Below, piece by piece: positions 54,807-64,000 of a DNA stretch of 64,000 nucleotides (within the stretch, counting starts at the first letter, position 1; each line of letters starts with the position of its first letter). Where the stretch lies: contig CAWDFP010000006.1 in the NCBI GenBank assembly GCA_963801605.1, positions 416,001-480,000 on the forward strand. The letters run 5' to 3'. The translations under genes were made by a program, and so were the position numbers. Under the pieces are notes generated by a model. It saw only the letters and a list, made by a program, of their open reading frames with translations, was not told where the DNA came from and did not search any database. The DNA comes from an uncultured candidate division Zixibacteria bacterium. Its GTDB lineage: Bacteria > Zixibacteria > MSB-5A5 > UBA10806.

Positions 54807-55763
54807 TTATATCGGCGGCATTCTGAGGTATTCGGTGGTGCGCCGTTTCTGGTCTAAGTCCCGCCAGACATTCTTCACCTGGTCTGGTGTTAGGCCCATC
54901 TCCCCGGCTACCTCCGCCGGATTATAGTTGCCCTCCTTGGCTAACCACAATAAATCCAGGGTCGCAAAGTCCAAGCCAAAGAAAAACTCCTCCTGGCTTA
55001 CCTCCGAGGGATACGTCTCCGTCGAGGGCGTCCTGCTCCGAATCTCCTCCGGGACCCCTAAATACTCCGCCAATTGAAATATCTGCGTCTTGTAATACTC
55101 CCCAAGCGGTCTCAAATCACAGCCGCCATCCCCATACTTCACGAAAAATCCCTGATAATGCTCATTCTTGTTGGCTGTCCCTACAACCGCATAATTCCGC
55201 TCCTCTGCCTGATAGTACAAGGTCAGCATCCTCATCCGCTGCTTCATGTTAGAGGCTGCCACAATCTTCAGATAGGCGCCCAGCGGTAAGCGCTTCTCCC
55301 ACTTCTCTCCCGAGGGGGACTCCACCGCCAATCTATAAACATTAAGCCTGCCAGATTCCAATACGTTCTGAGGAAGCACTATCTTCGCCTTCCAGCCATC
55401 CCGCCAGTCCGGAAAGACCTCTCGAAACCCCTCCTCCCGAAGACGGTAACAGCCCGCACCCTCCAAAGCCGGTGTGATATCAACCGTCAGATACTTAAAA
55501 CCAAACTTCTCCGAGAGTTCCTTAGCCAGATCCTTAGAGGCTGCCGAGTTGTCCTTATCCGGCATCGACACCCCCACCACCTTCTCCGGACCAAGTGCCC
55601 GGGAGCATAAAGCCGCCATCACCGAGGAGTCGATCCCCCCGGAGACTCCCACCACCGCACCACCACGTTTCATCGTCACAAATATCTGTTCCCGCAACCG
55701 CTCCTGAAGCCCCGCGACCACCGCTTCACTCTCCAAACGTATCAGTCCCCTCGAAAATCTCAA
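54807..55763 (-). CDS. nadE: NH3-dependent NAD synthetase-like amidating enzyme (insert-bearing subfamily)
   Basis: SGGIDSS PP-loop, NMKQRMRM, GTANKNE, GFFVKYGDG and YKTQI. Confidence 0.88.
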   Translation of the reverse strand: MRFSRGLIRLESEAVVAGLQERLREQIFVTMKRGGAVVGVSGGIDSSVMAALCSRALGPEKVVGVSMPDKDNSAASKDLAKELSEKFGFKYLTVDITPALEGAGCYRLREEGFREVFPDWRDGWKAKIVLPQNVLESGRLNVYRLAVESPSGEKWEKRLPLGAYLKIVAASNMKQRMRMLTLYYQAEERNYAVVGTANKNEHYQGFFVKYGDGGCDLRPLGEYYKTQIFQLAEYLGVPEEIRSRTPSTETYPSEVSQEEFFFGLDFATLDLLWLAKEGNYNPAEVAGEMGLTPDQVKNVWRDLDQKRRTTEYLRMPPI

Positions 55764-55764
55764 G

Positions 55765-57321
55765 CTAAGCTCCTTCTATCTTTTTATTACCGATTGCATT
55801 TTTTAGGAGATGTTTCTGGATTTTTCCCGACGTAGTTTTGGGAAGGCCCGTCACAAACTCCACGACCTTGGGCACCTTAAAGGGCGGTAAATTCTTTGCG
55901 CAATGCTTAATAATCTCACGGTCGCTGATATCAAAGCCGTCCTTTAAAACTACCACCGCCTTAATTGATTCCCCCATGATCTCGTCAGGAATGCCAATGA
56001 CTGCCGACTCAAGCACTGCTTCATGTTCTCCCAAAATTACTTCAATCTCTTTGGGGCTGATACGATGCGCTCCCGATTTAATCATCTCGGAGTTGCGTCC
56101 CACTATATAGATATAGCCGTCCTCATCGGTTTTGGCCAGGTCTCCCGTATGGAGACCGTCTGCTTTTAATATCTTGGACGTCTCCTCTGGCTGGTTCCAA
56201 TAGCCGATCATGATATTTTCGCCGCAGGCAACAATTTCGCCCTCCATATTGGGAGGGCAAACCTCGCCGTTTTGATTGCGTATCGTCAATGTCACGCCGG
56301 GGATTGCCTTGCCGATTGAACCAAGTTTCTTGATCAGGTTTTCCGGATCAAGATAGGATAGCCGAGCTGCCGCCTCAGTCTGGCCATACATCACATAAAT
56401 TTTTGTATGAGGTAGAGTCTCTATCAGCTTCGCCGTCAGGGCAGGCGTCATCGGACCTCCGGCTTGCGTTACATATCGAAGGTGGCTCCAGTCGTACTTG
56501 GCGAAATTCGATCTGTGAAGCAGGATGGCAAAGGTCGACGGTACTCCCGAAAACCCGGTAATTTTTTCCTTGGACATGACATCGAGCACAACGTTCGGAT
56601 AGGCAAAGCGGTTATCGATAACTACCGAGCCGCCAACGCGGATATGGGTAAGAAGAAGCGAGTGCCCATAGGAATAATAAAACGGAAGCACCGACATTAC
56701 TTTATCCTGTGCGTTCAGGTGCAGGTATTCGATTATGGAATCGGTATTGGCTTCGAGATTGCGATGTGAAAGCATCACGCCTTTAGGGTTACCGGTAGTC
56801 CCCGATGTATAAATAATCGTGGCCAGAGCGCTCGGACTGCGCTCAATGGCCGGGGAACGGTTATCCTCGATACGTTGTATTTCCTGAAAATCTGCCAGCG
56901 AAACCTTCTCCCAATCCTGCGCTCCATCAAACTGACCGGAAATAATGGATAATTCAAGGCTGGGACAATCATCGGCAATTTCCTTAACGTACTGAGAAAA
57001 TTGATGCTGTACTACAATCGCAGTTGCCCCACAATCGTTGATCAGGCTTTTAACGATACGCGGAGTGGTAGCAGTATTAAGACCCACAACCACGCAACCG
57101 GCTTTGAGGATCGCGAAATATGCGATCGCGTAATCTATCGCCGGCTCATGCAACAGGGCAATACGGTCTCCCGGACGAATGCCGTTTCCAAGAAAAAAAT
57201 TGGCGAGTCTATTGGCGCACTGGTCCAGTTCTATGTAATCTATTCTTTTATCGAGATAAACCAGGGCCTCGTTATGGGGATTGAGGCGGGCGTTGCTTTC
57301 AAGAAATTGGTCAATTAACAT
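55765..57321 (-). CDS. AMP-dependent acyl-CoA/ACP ligase (ANL superfamily)
   Basis: IIYTSGTTGNPKG, MYGQTEA, HTGDL, GRNSEMIKSG and KTTSGKIQK. Confidence 0.92.
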   Translation of the reverse strand: MLIDQFLESNARLNPHNEALVYLDKRIDYIELDQCANRLANFFLGNGIRPGDRIALLHEPAIDYAIAYFAILKAGCVVVGLNTATTPRIVKSLINDCGATAIVVQHQFSQYVKEIADDCPSLELSIISGQFDGAQDWEKVSLADFQEIQRIEDNRSPAIERSPSALATIIYTSGTTGNPKGVMLSHRNLEANTDSIIEYLHLNAQDKVMSVLPFYYSYGHSLLLTHIRVGGSVVIDNRFAYPNVVLDVMSKEKITGFSGVPSTFAILLHRSNFAKYDWSHLRYVTQAGGPMTPALTAKLIETLPHTKIYVMYGQTEAAARLSYLDPENLIKKLGSIGKAIPGVTLTIRNQNGEVCPPNMEGEIVACGENIMIGYWNQPEETSKILKADGLHTGDLAKTDEDGYIYIVGRNSEMIKSGAHRISPKEIEVILGEHEAVLESAVIGIPDEIMGESIKAVVVLKDGFDISDREIIKHCAKNLPPFKVPKVVEFVTGLPKTTSGKIQKHLLKNAIGNKKIEGA

Positions 57322-57895
57322 ACTATATTATTCCCCTTAAAGTAATCGGCTACTATGCCTCGAAATGGTTTGGTAAAACCTTTCAAATTCAATGATTGCC
57401 GACATAGTTCATCCCAAAAGATTATCGGCAATATATTGTTCCAATAGAGGCTTGTCAAATTAAATGACTATCAACATGTTATCTAGATAAATATTTTCAG
57501 GTTTTGAAGCAGCCTTGGTAATACAGAGCCTTCTTTCTGCCAAAATTTATGGGATTTAGGGAATGCTCCCCTTCAATACAAAACGACAAGATGTTATAAT
57601 TTTCCATATTAATTTATCTCGTTTTTTTGCGCTATTATTTGAATGCAATATTATGACGCTTTAAGGTTTAATGATAATTACCGAAATTAGTTTGACATCG
57701 CTCCTTGAAATTGTTATCTAGATGTAACACAACATCCCAAAAATGACGCTCTCACTGATCCCTTCTTCAATGGGCCGCCGAGTTTCTTTTGTCGAAAAAA
57801 GCGCCAATGATGCGGGACGTTATGCTATTTATAAAGAGGAGCTTCAGTCATGAGCGAACAATTTAAACAGAGGTTATAATTCAAGGAGCGATAAA

Positions 57896-59389
57896 ATGAA
57901 TATTATAGGCATAGAGCCCAGAGCCCCCGGATTGCACATCTTTAGTCAGAGCGTTATGCCCCGCCTGGGTTTGCCGCTGCTGTTGACCATGGCACGCAAT
58001 ATGGGACACCAGTGCGTGGTATATTGCGAAGATATCGCGCCTGTTGAGTGGGACATTGTTGCCAAAGCCGATATGATACTAATTTCAACTTTAACGTCGA
58101 CGGCCCCGAGGTCTTACGCTCTTATAAAAAAGATCAAGGAAAACTCTAACCGCAAAGTCCCGATTCTGATGGGCGGCCCACATGTAACATTTCTACCGGA
58201 GGAAGCGCTTGATAACGGCGCCGATTACGTGTTCAGGCACGAGGCCGATGAATCGTTCGTATCTTTTCTTCAATGGTGGAATGAAGGCCGTGACGCTAAC
58301 AAGCTTATGAAAATTCCGGGAATTTCCTTTATGGTTGCTGGCAAACATCATCACAACCCTGATCCTAAAAGGGTAGACCTGGATACTCTTCCTGCGCCAG
58401 ACCTCGATCTCATTCACGGTTTTGACAAACCGGGAGCGGTGCCGCTTATCACTTCGCGCGGTTGTCCATACGACTGCGATTTTTGTTCGGAGATTGCCAT
58501 GTTTGGACGAGCTTATCGTTTTCGCTCTGAGCAGAAAGTCCTTGATGACATTAAATATTACGACCGACGGTATGGAAAGATAGCAATCTTTTTTGCTGAT
58601 GATAATCTCGGCGCTAATAAGCCGCGGCTTGAGAGGCTTTTCAATGGCATTATAGACAACCGGCTGGTGCGATCGTATTCGGGTCAAATCCGCCTTGACC
58701 TCGCAAAAAATCCGGAGATTCTCAATCTCTTAAATCGTGCCGGGTTTGAAAGAGCTTATATCGGATATGAGTCAACCAATTTCGAGACTCTGGAAGCAAC
58801 CGGCAAAAAGCTCAGCTCCGATGATATGGAAGCTTTTACCCGAATCATTCACCGTCACGGAATCGAAATTCATGCCATGTGGGTGCTGGGATTCGATACC
58901 GACACCCTCGAAACAATCAAGATGAATATTAACGCCTGTATTCACTGGAAAATCGAGACAAACCAATTTTTAATATTGGTACCGATTCCCGGCTCGGCGC
59001 TATATGAACGATTTACGAATACCAATCGCATATTCAACGCCGATTGGTCCAAATATGACGGACATCACGTTACCTTCTATCCGGTTAAAATGACTCCTCG
59101 TCAACTTCAAATCGCGGTCATGCTGGAGGCTATGCCGAAAATCTACAATTACTGGCAAACGTTAAGGATTTTAATAATCGAAAACTGGCGGATTGCACGC
59201 GGCTTTTTCAAATTTGGAAAACTCGGAAGCTGGCATCCGATTCGCCGCACCAGGAACAGCCTGCTAACATTTTTCGTGCGCATCTGGGGACGGCGCGTTT
59301 CGATAAAAATGAGAAAACCAATAAAAAACTATCTCAAAGAAATTCCGGTAACATCATCAGAGCCGCGGCCCAAGGTTCATGTACATTAA
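57896..59389 (+). CDS. B12-binding radical SAM protein
   Basis: PRLGL, MGGPHVT, TSRGCPYDCDFC, FFADDN, IGYES and PIPGS.LY. Confidence 0.92.
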   Translation: MNIIGIEPRAPGLHIFSQSVMPRLGLPLLLTMARNMGHQCVVYCEDIAPVEWDIVAKADMILISTLTSTAPRSYALIKKIKENSNRKVPILMGGPHVTFLPEEALDNGADYVFRHEADESFVSFLQWWNEGRDANKLMKIPGISFMVAGKHHHNPDPKRVDLDTLPAPDLDLIHGFDKPGAVPLITSRGCPYDCDFCSEIAMFGRAYRFRSEQKVLDDIKYYDRRYGKIAIFFADDNLGANKPRLERLFNGIIDNRLVRSYSGQIRLDLAKNPEILNLLNRAGFERAYIGYESTNFETLEATGKKLSSDDMEAFTRIIHRHGIEIHAMWVLGFDTDTLETIKMNINACIHWKIETNQFLILVPIPGSALYERFTNTNRIFNADWSKYDGHHVTFYPVKMTPRQLQIAVMLEAMPKIYNYWQTLRILIIENWRIARGFFKFGKLGSWHPIRRTRNSLLTFFVRIWGRRVSIKMRKPIKNYLKEIPVTSSEPRPKVHVH

Positions 59390-59411
59390 ATTGACATACA
59401 TATTGCGAAAT

Positions 59412-59442
59412 AAAAAGGCGGCATCATGAGATGTCGCCTTAT
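59412..59442. terminator. Intrinsic terminator (T-tract on the minus strand)
   Basis: AAAAAGGCGGCATC…GATGTCGCCTT hairpin between convergent genes. Confidence 0.65.
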
Positions 59443-59494
59443 GTATTAGATTAAGAAATTATTTCCCTGATTGCCTGTCCTGTCGCTCCGGTAA

Positions 59495-60496
59495 TTAATG
59501 TAACTGGAAATAAACCAGAGGACGAATCATCAGATCGTCCCAAACCGCGTCGCCGTCGGAATCAACCTCGATACTAACTTTCTCAAGCTTACGATTGGCA
59601 CCGCGAGGAATGATCACCTGCTTTTTTATCAGGCCATTTTCGGAGTGATCGACTTTTTTCCATTCCATAAGATCTGTTATATCAGAGGCCGTTTCTCCCA
59701 GGAAGCGAAGCTGAACGTCGCCGGCCGAATAATCATCGGGAAAACGCGGTAGGCCATATTCAACGACTATCGAATCGATTTCCGCGTTGGCTGGCAGTCC
59801 CAGGGGTATTCCGATGGAAATTGCCCGGTGCCCTTCGACCACTTTCTCCGGACCGTGGACATAAATCCAGATACGGCCGTCATATTCAAGCTTGCGGGCC
59901 GCTGTTTCCCAATATTTATGATATGGCCCTGCAAAATAACCCTCAAAAAGCCGACCGCCCTGAAATCTCAGTTTTGAATCTTTTTCGTTTTTCAATTGCC
60001 ACACAAGGCCGTCGGACGATTCCACTTCGTATTTCTTGATAAATTCACTGGTCCCCAAATGAAGTACATTGCCTCCCTCGGCAACCGCAGGATCGGTTAA
60101 TGGAGGTTTCTCTTTCGGCGGGGGAGGAGGAGCCTCAGCCACTTTGGTTGTCGTATCAGGTGGAGGCGGAGGAGGCGGTGGCGGGGGAGTCTTAAAAATA
60201 ACAAGATCATAAGTAACCACTTCGCCTGGCCTGATCTGACCGATTAGCTTGACGGTTGAATCCGGCCCGAATCTTCCTAATAGCGAATATTCTCCGGGAG
60301 GCACTTCTTCGAAAACAAAAAACCCGGCGCTATCGGTTAAAGTAGACCGTTGCTGAGGAACCGTAAATACCGCTGCTCCGGCCAGCGCGCTGCCGTCAGC
60401 GTCAGTCACTCGTCCCTTGATCGTTGCCGGCTTTTTGGCACATCCGGCCAAAAACAGGATTACCATAATTGAGATAATAATTTTAGAGTATTTCAT
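59495..60496 (-). CDS. Lipoprotein with carboxypeptidase-regulatory-like (CnaB-type) domain and Pro-rich linker
   Basis: RBS GGAGGAGGAG, lipobox FLAGC, IKGRVTDADG…TDSAGFF..EVPPGEY and a poly-Pro tract. Confidence 0.8.
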   Translation of the reverse strand: MKYSKIIISIMVILFLAGCAKKPATIKGRVTDADGSALAGAAVFTVPQQRSTLTDSAGFFVFEEVPPGEYSLLGRFGPDSTVKLIGQIRPGEVVTYDLVIFKTPPPPPPPPPPDTTTKVAEAPPPPPKEKPPLTDPAVAEGGNVLHLGTSEFIKKYEVESSDGLVWQLKNEKDSKLRFQGGRLFEGYFAGPYHKYWETAARKLEYDGRIWIYVHGPEKVVEGHRAISIGIPLGLPANAEIDSIVVEYGLPRFPDDYSAGDVQLRFLGETASDITDLMEWKKVDHSENGLIKKQVIIPRGANRKLEKVSIEVDSDGDAVWDDLMIRPLVYFQLH

Positions 60497-60768
60497 CTCC
60501 TCCTCCAGGGATGACAGATAACGACTTAAAATAAACTTCCAATCCACAGGCCAAAACGCCCTCAAAACTCAAGGCCCGCTATTATAGCATCATTGGATTA
60601 TATTCTCAAGTCCTTATTTACAACTCAATGTGGGAGAAAAGCGCTCTGGGTGGCATTCGGGCCGCCAAAAAAACGATTACCCGGGCAAAAATAGGCAGCA
60701 ATTGCGAAAACAGTGCTGTTTGATCAGAAAAATCTAAAAAAAGAGGCGAAAAACACACCAGAATCCCC

Positions 60769-60796
60769 TTGACTTTGAATAGAATTAGGTTAAGTT
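60769..60796 (+). promoter_or_regulatory. Sigma70-type promoter for the small ORF and tRNAs
   Basis: TTGACT-16 bp-TAAGTT. Confidence 0.45.
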
Positions 60797-60901
60797 AAAT
60801 GTCTGTAAAAATGGCAAACGGAGAGTTGCTGTTTGCCTGTAAACGGGTATCGGATAATGAACTTGCATCGAGGCAGCGCCTCGGGCGGTTAAGGAGAGGC
60901 A

Positions 60902-61165
60902 ATGGCCTCCGCGAAGAAAGCAAAAAAGGGAGTTGCGGCGATCGCTGCACCCGACTTCAACAAGAAAAATTATTTGATTTTGGGAGTTGGGCTTTTGATT
61001 ATCGTTATGGGATTTATATTCCTGGCGATGGGCGATATTACTATTTCTCCTATTTTTTTGGTTTTGGGATACTGCGTAGTGATACCTCTGGGAATACTTC
61101 TTCCCAAAGACAAGGAAGAAGGCTCTCGAATCGATCCCGATAAGCGCGATGTGGTATCGGGTTAA
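60902..61165 (+). CDS. DUF3098-like two-TM small membrane protein
   Basis: FNKKNYLILGVGLLII..GF…SPIFLVLGYCVVIP; RBS AAGGAG. Confidence 0.75.
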   Translation: MASAKKAKKGVAAIAAPDFNKKNYLILGVGLLIIVMGFIFLAMGDITISPIFLVLGYCVVIPLGILLPKDKEEGSRIDPDKRDVVSG

Positions 61166-61175
61166 AAATTAGCCC

Positions 61176-61250
61176 GGGCAGTTAGCTCAGTTTGGTTAGA
61201 GCGTCTGCCTTACACGCAGAAGGTCGCTGGTTCGAATCCAGCACTGCCCA
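61176..61250 (+). tRNA. tRNA-Val(TAC)
   Basis: Acceptor stem GGGCAGT/ACTGCCC, anticodon arm TCTGC-CTTACAC-GCAGA and GGTTCGAATCC. CCA is not encoded. Confidence 0.97.
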
Positions 61251-61299
61251 GATTTTATCCGCCGAAGGCGGGATTTTACAACAGAATAGATTTTTCTTC

Positions 61300-61373
61300 G
61301 GGGTTGTAGTTCAGTTGGTTAGAACGTCTGCCTGTCACGCAGAAGGTCGCGAGTTCGAGTCTCGTCAACCCCG
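61300..61373 (+). tRNA. tRNA-Asp(GTC)
   Basis: Acceptor stem GGGGTTG/CAACCCC, anticodon arm TCTGC-CTGTCAC-GCAGA and GTTCGAG. CCA is not encoded. Confidence 0.97.
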
Positions 61374-61534
61374 CTTATGATCTCAGTAAATCACAACCAG
61401 TTACAGCCCTGCGAAAACAGCCAGCCCACTCTTCCGGTCCTTGGCCGTGATCGGTCTATTCCCTCTGTTTAGAGACTATTCATTCGATTATATTGATGGT
61501 AGAGCTGACCAATGGCTCTTTTAGTAGCCCTTAT

Positions 61535-62404
61535 TCATTTATTCAATCCTATTGCCATTCTATAGGCCATTGCAGCGTCGGGAAGCGGTGTTAAGGTATC
61601 CGATAAAATATTGTAAGTTCCTTTTTCAACCAGTTCGTCAGCAACTTTTTTGATTAATGCTAAAGTGGCTTTCATCAAACTCGAACCTAGACTCAAACGG
61701 GCAACACCCAAATCCTGCAGTTCCCTGATAGATGGGGGTAATCCTTTCCCAATCGCAGGGTTTGAAAGAATATTGATTGGGGCATTAATTTCTTTAACCA
61801 ATGTTGAAATCGTTTCTTTTTCCCACAAAGGTTGTACAAATATGCAGTCGGCACCAGCTTCACGGTATTTATTGCCACGCTTAATAGATTCAGATAATTT
61901 TTCCCATGGTGAACCTAAAGACGTATAAAACGAATCTGTTCTTGCATTAATTACTAAATGAAAGCCCATTGAATCCGATAACGCACGTATGGCAGATATT
62001 CTTTCACAAAATTCCATCTCGTCAATTAATATTGGATTCAAATCAATACTGTCTTCAATGTTTATTCCAACAATTCCTGTTGCAATTATCTTCTTAACAG
62101 AATCAATTATTTCATCCAAATTATTTCCATATCCGGCTTCTATATCCACGGTCACAGGAACTCGTACCCCATTTACAATTCCCGTTATGACTCCGATCAT
62201 TTCTGATAATTGAATTACCTGGCAGTCAGGATACCCAAAAGAGGCGGCTATTCCCATGCTTGTTGTCGCGATTGCTTTGTAGCCGCTTGCTTCTATTAGC
62301 TTAGAACTACCGATGTCCCAAGAGTTCAGCAAAACTAGGATTTCCTCGTCTTGATGAAATTTCAAGAATACTTCGGCCTTTTCTTTTTGAATACTTGAAA
62401 CCAT
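61535..62404 (-). CDS. Isocitrate lyase / PEP mutase family protein
   Basis: NSWD..S, ATTSMGIA, DIEAGYG, GINIED, INARTD and AGADCIF. Confidence 0.9.
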   Translation of the reverse strand: MVSSIQKEKAEVFLKFHQDEEILVLLNSWDIGSSKLIEASGYKAIATTSMGIAASFGYPDCQVIQLSEMIGVITGIVNGVRVPVTVDIEAGYGNNLDEIIDSVKKIIATGIVGINIEDSIDLNPILIDEMEFCERISAIRALSDSMGFHLVINARTDSFYTSLGSPWEKLSESIKRGNKYREAGADCIFVQPLWEKETISTLVKEINAPINILSNPAIGKGLPPSIRELQDLGVARLSLGSSLMKATLALIKKVADELVEKGTYNILSDTLTPLPDAAMAYRMAIGLNK

Positions 62405-62530
62405 ATTGTCGTTCCTCTTTTATTTGTTGATAATGTTCAAAATGAGGATACCCCACCCCAACTACTGTGATGTTGAAATATTTGATTTTATTTCCAGATT
62501 ATATTTGTTCATTCAACTCGCTACCCGGAC

Positions 62531-62875
62531 TTACTTCTGCCCGACTATATCTACCGAAATCTCTACTGCCGGAATTGTTCCTCTGTTCTCAAGCCAGTGT
62601 AAAGTGTTCCTATCCTCGGGCCAGCCCAGCCCCGGCCCATAGTCCGTAGCGACTCCATTTCGATGGTCAGTGAAGATTCCCTGCAGTATGTAGACGGTGC
62701 CTGGTCTGCCCTTATGGTCATGAATCGGGCCAAAGACGCCTCCAGGCTCGATAGTCACCATGCGCATTCGAAGTTGGCGCCCTTGCATGCCCTCGATCTC
62801 AGGACCCAGGTCAACCGTTGCGAGTAACTTTACCGTAACACCATTCGTCTCGGGTACCACTTGTTTGGTGCTCAT
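62531..62875 (-). CDS. Cupin domain protein
   Basis: IEPGG…HDHK.RP..VYILQG and HWLENRG; RBS GAGGAGG. Confidence 0.88.
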   Translation of the reverse strand: MSTKQVVPETNGVTVKLLATVDLGPEIEGMQGRQLRMRMVTIEPGGVFGPIHDHKGRPGTVYILQGIFTDHRNGVATDYGPGLGWPEDRNTLHWLENRGTIPAVEISVDIVGQK

Positions 62876-63352
62876 AGCCCCCTCCTCTATTTACTTCCGG
62901 TGCCTAACTACAAATAGACATACCAATATTAATCTAACAACATGGAACAAATCCGCGGTGTTCCTTAGTGTCTGGAACGTCGTAATCTCCAAATCGAATT
63001 TGACTCGATTGTCTTCCAACGACTTCCGTTGATTATGGCAAAGTGCAACCGGATCGAAAAACTGAAGCCAACAAAAGTTTGGGGAGAGTGAGGTCAGGAC
63101 TGGCTGAATTGCCTCCTGTAATTCATTGTAATACAGCAGTATAGCAGCGTTAATTGACTTGCCTTTAGGGTCCCTTCAGTCTTTAACGGTTTTGGGAAAA
63201 TCATATTTTTTGAAATTAATTCGTTGACAATAACTATTAATCTCGCATATTAATGCTGCAATAAATTTTACGCATCTATAAGGAAATAATAGAATCTTTA
63301 CAATTTAATCCAGCCTTGCCGGATTAATAATATCATATAAATGGGAGGTTTT

Positions 63353-64000
63353 ATGAAGCGTATTCTACTTACCTTGATTGTTATACTAATACTTTTTATG
63401 GCAGGCGCTGCACATGCCCAAAATATTGAATATGTCGGATCGACATATTGGAGCAATATGAATGGGATCGCCATTCGAGGCACATACGCCTTTTGCGTTT
63501 TTCCCGAGGGATTAATGGTTTTGGATGTGTCAAGTCCTGCTGGCCCTTCTCTAGTTAGTCAGTTTCGTTTAACAGGCCATGCGCAAAACATAGAGCTTCA
63601 GGGTGGTCTGGCTTATACTGAAGTGAATGATTCAATGTTATTTATAATTGATATTTCCGATCCTGCTAATCCAGAAATAGTCAGTGATAACTATTCGAGA
63701 GATTTTATTGATGATATTTTTGTTAGGGGCAATTTCGCTTATTTGATTGTAAATTATCCAAAACAGCTGCAAATTGTCGATATTTCGAATCCGGCAAATC
63801 CGTCACTGGTATCTGCGGTAGCCCTAACCAGCGGTTCCGCCGTATTTGTTGAAGCAAATTATGCTTATATCGCAAATGATATCGGACTTGTTGTAATGGA
63901 TGTATCAAATCCGTCCGACCCATTATTTTATGGACTCCTTAACTTAAACTCCCTGATAAGTGACATCTCAATTTCTGGCAATCATGCTTACCTGGTTAAT
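63353..64000 (+). CDS. Secreted LVIVD-repeat protein, 3' end outside the window
   Basis: RBS GGAGG and signal peptide MKRILLTL…AHAQ, then repeated G.YAY/LQIVDISNPANP units. Open to the window end. Confidence 0.88.
   Translation, partial: MKRILLTLIVILILFMAGAAHAQNIEYVGSTYWSNMNGIAIRGTYAFCVFPEGLMVLDVSSPAGPSLVSQFRLTGHAQNIELQGGLAYTEVNDSMLFIIDISDPANPEIVSDNYSRDFIDDIFVRGNFAYLIVNYPKQLQIVDISNPANPSLVSAVALTSGSAVFVEANYAYIANDIGLVVMDVSNPSDPLFYGLLNLNSLISDISISGNHAYLVN

Noticed and set aside
57850..57879. 9-aa uORF (MSEQFKQRL) with a strong RBS as a RiPP precursor or leader for the radical SAM
   Set aside because: It is very short, and deleting one A fuses it in frame to the radical SAM (MSEQFNRGYNSRSDKMNII), matching the window's insertion-error pattern.
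57322..57895. Cobalamin riboswitch upstream of the B12 radical SAM
   Set aside because: Only an isolated AGGGAA is present; the other conserved elements were not found.
60115..60190. GGA/GGC-rich tract as a DNA repeat element
   Set aside because: It is the poly-Pro linker of the minus-strand lipoprotein.
61192..61380. 62-aa ORF
   Set aside because: It overlaps two tRNA genes.
62950..63115. Remnant of a recombinase gene 3' end
   Set aside because: No recognisable motif and stops in the candidate frame; cannot be supported without a search.

Overview
Mostly core-genome window from a diderm bacterium. Several secreted proteins ending in a QNYPNPFN-type Ig domain, plus the overall gene style, suggest an FCB-related lineage such as Zixibacteria (inference only). 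In order it holds: a diheme cytochrome c peroxidase followed by a Cyc2-like monoheme cytochrome-porin; a divergent Spt / bCerS-like / CerR-like cluster consistent with bacterial ceramide synthesis; an NDP-forming acyl-CoA synthetase and small housekeeping genes; a ~14 kb alternative complex III (actABCDEF, actG-like) plus A2-type caa3 oxidase and assembly operon; dsbD; secreted Ig-CTD proteins; flotillin; an aspartate aminotransferase fused to an HPr-kinase/PEPCK-like P-loop domain; an AT-rich multi-HTH gene; DUF2130; rmuC; an RRE(PqqD)-M50-HlyD fusion; a TPR lipoprotein; pyrK-pyrD-pyrF; a divergent HI0933 flavoprotein; an acyl-AMP ligase-nadE pair opposite a B12 radical SAM; tRNA-Val and tRNA-Asp; and a small accessory islet. 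About a dozen frameshifts, nearly all insertions, split otherwise intact genes and are most likely sequencing errors. All calls come from motif recognition by eye; no database search was run.
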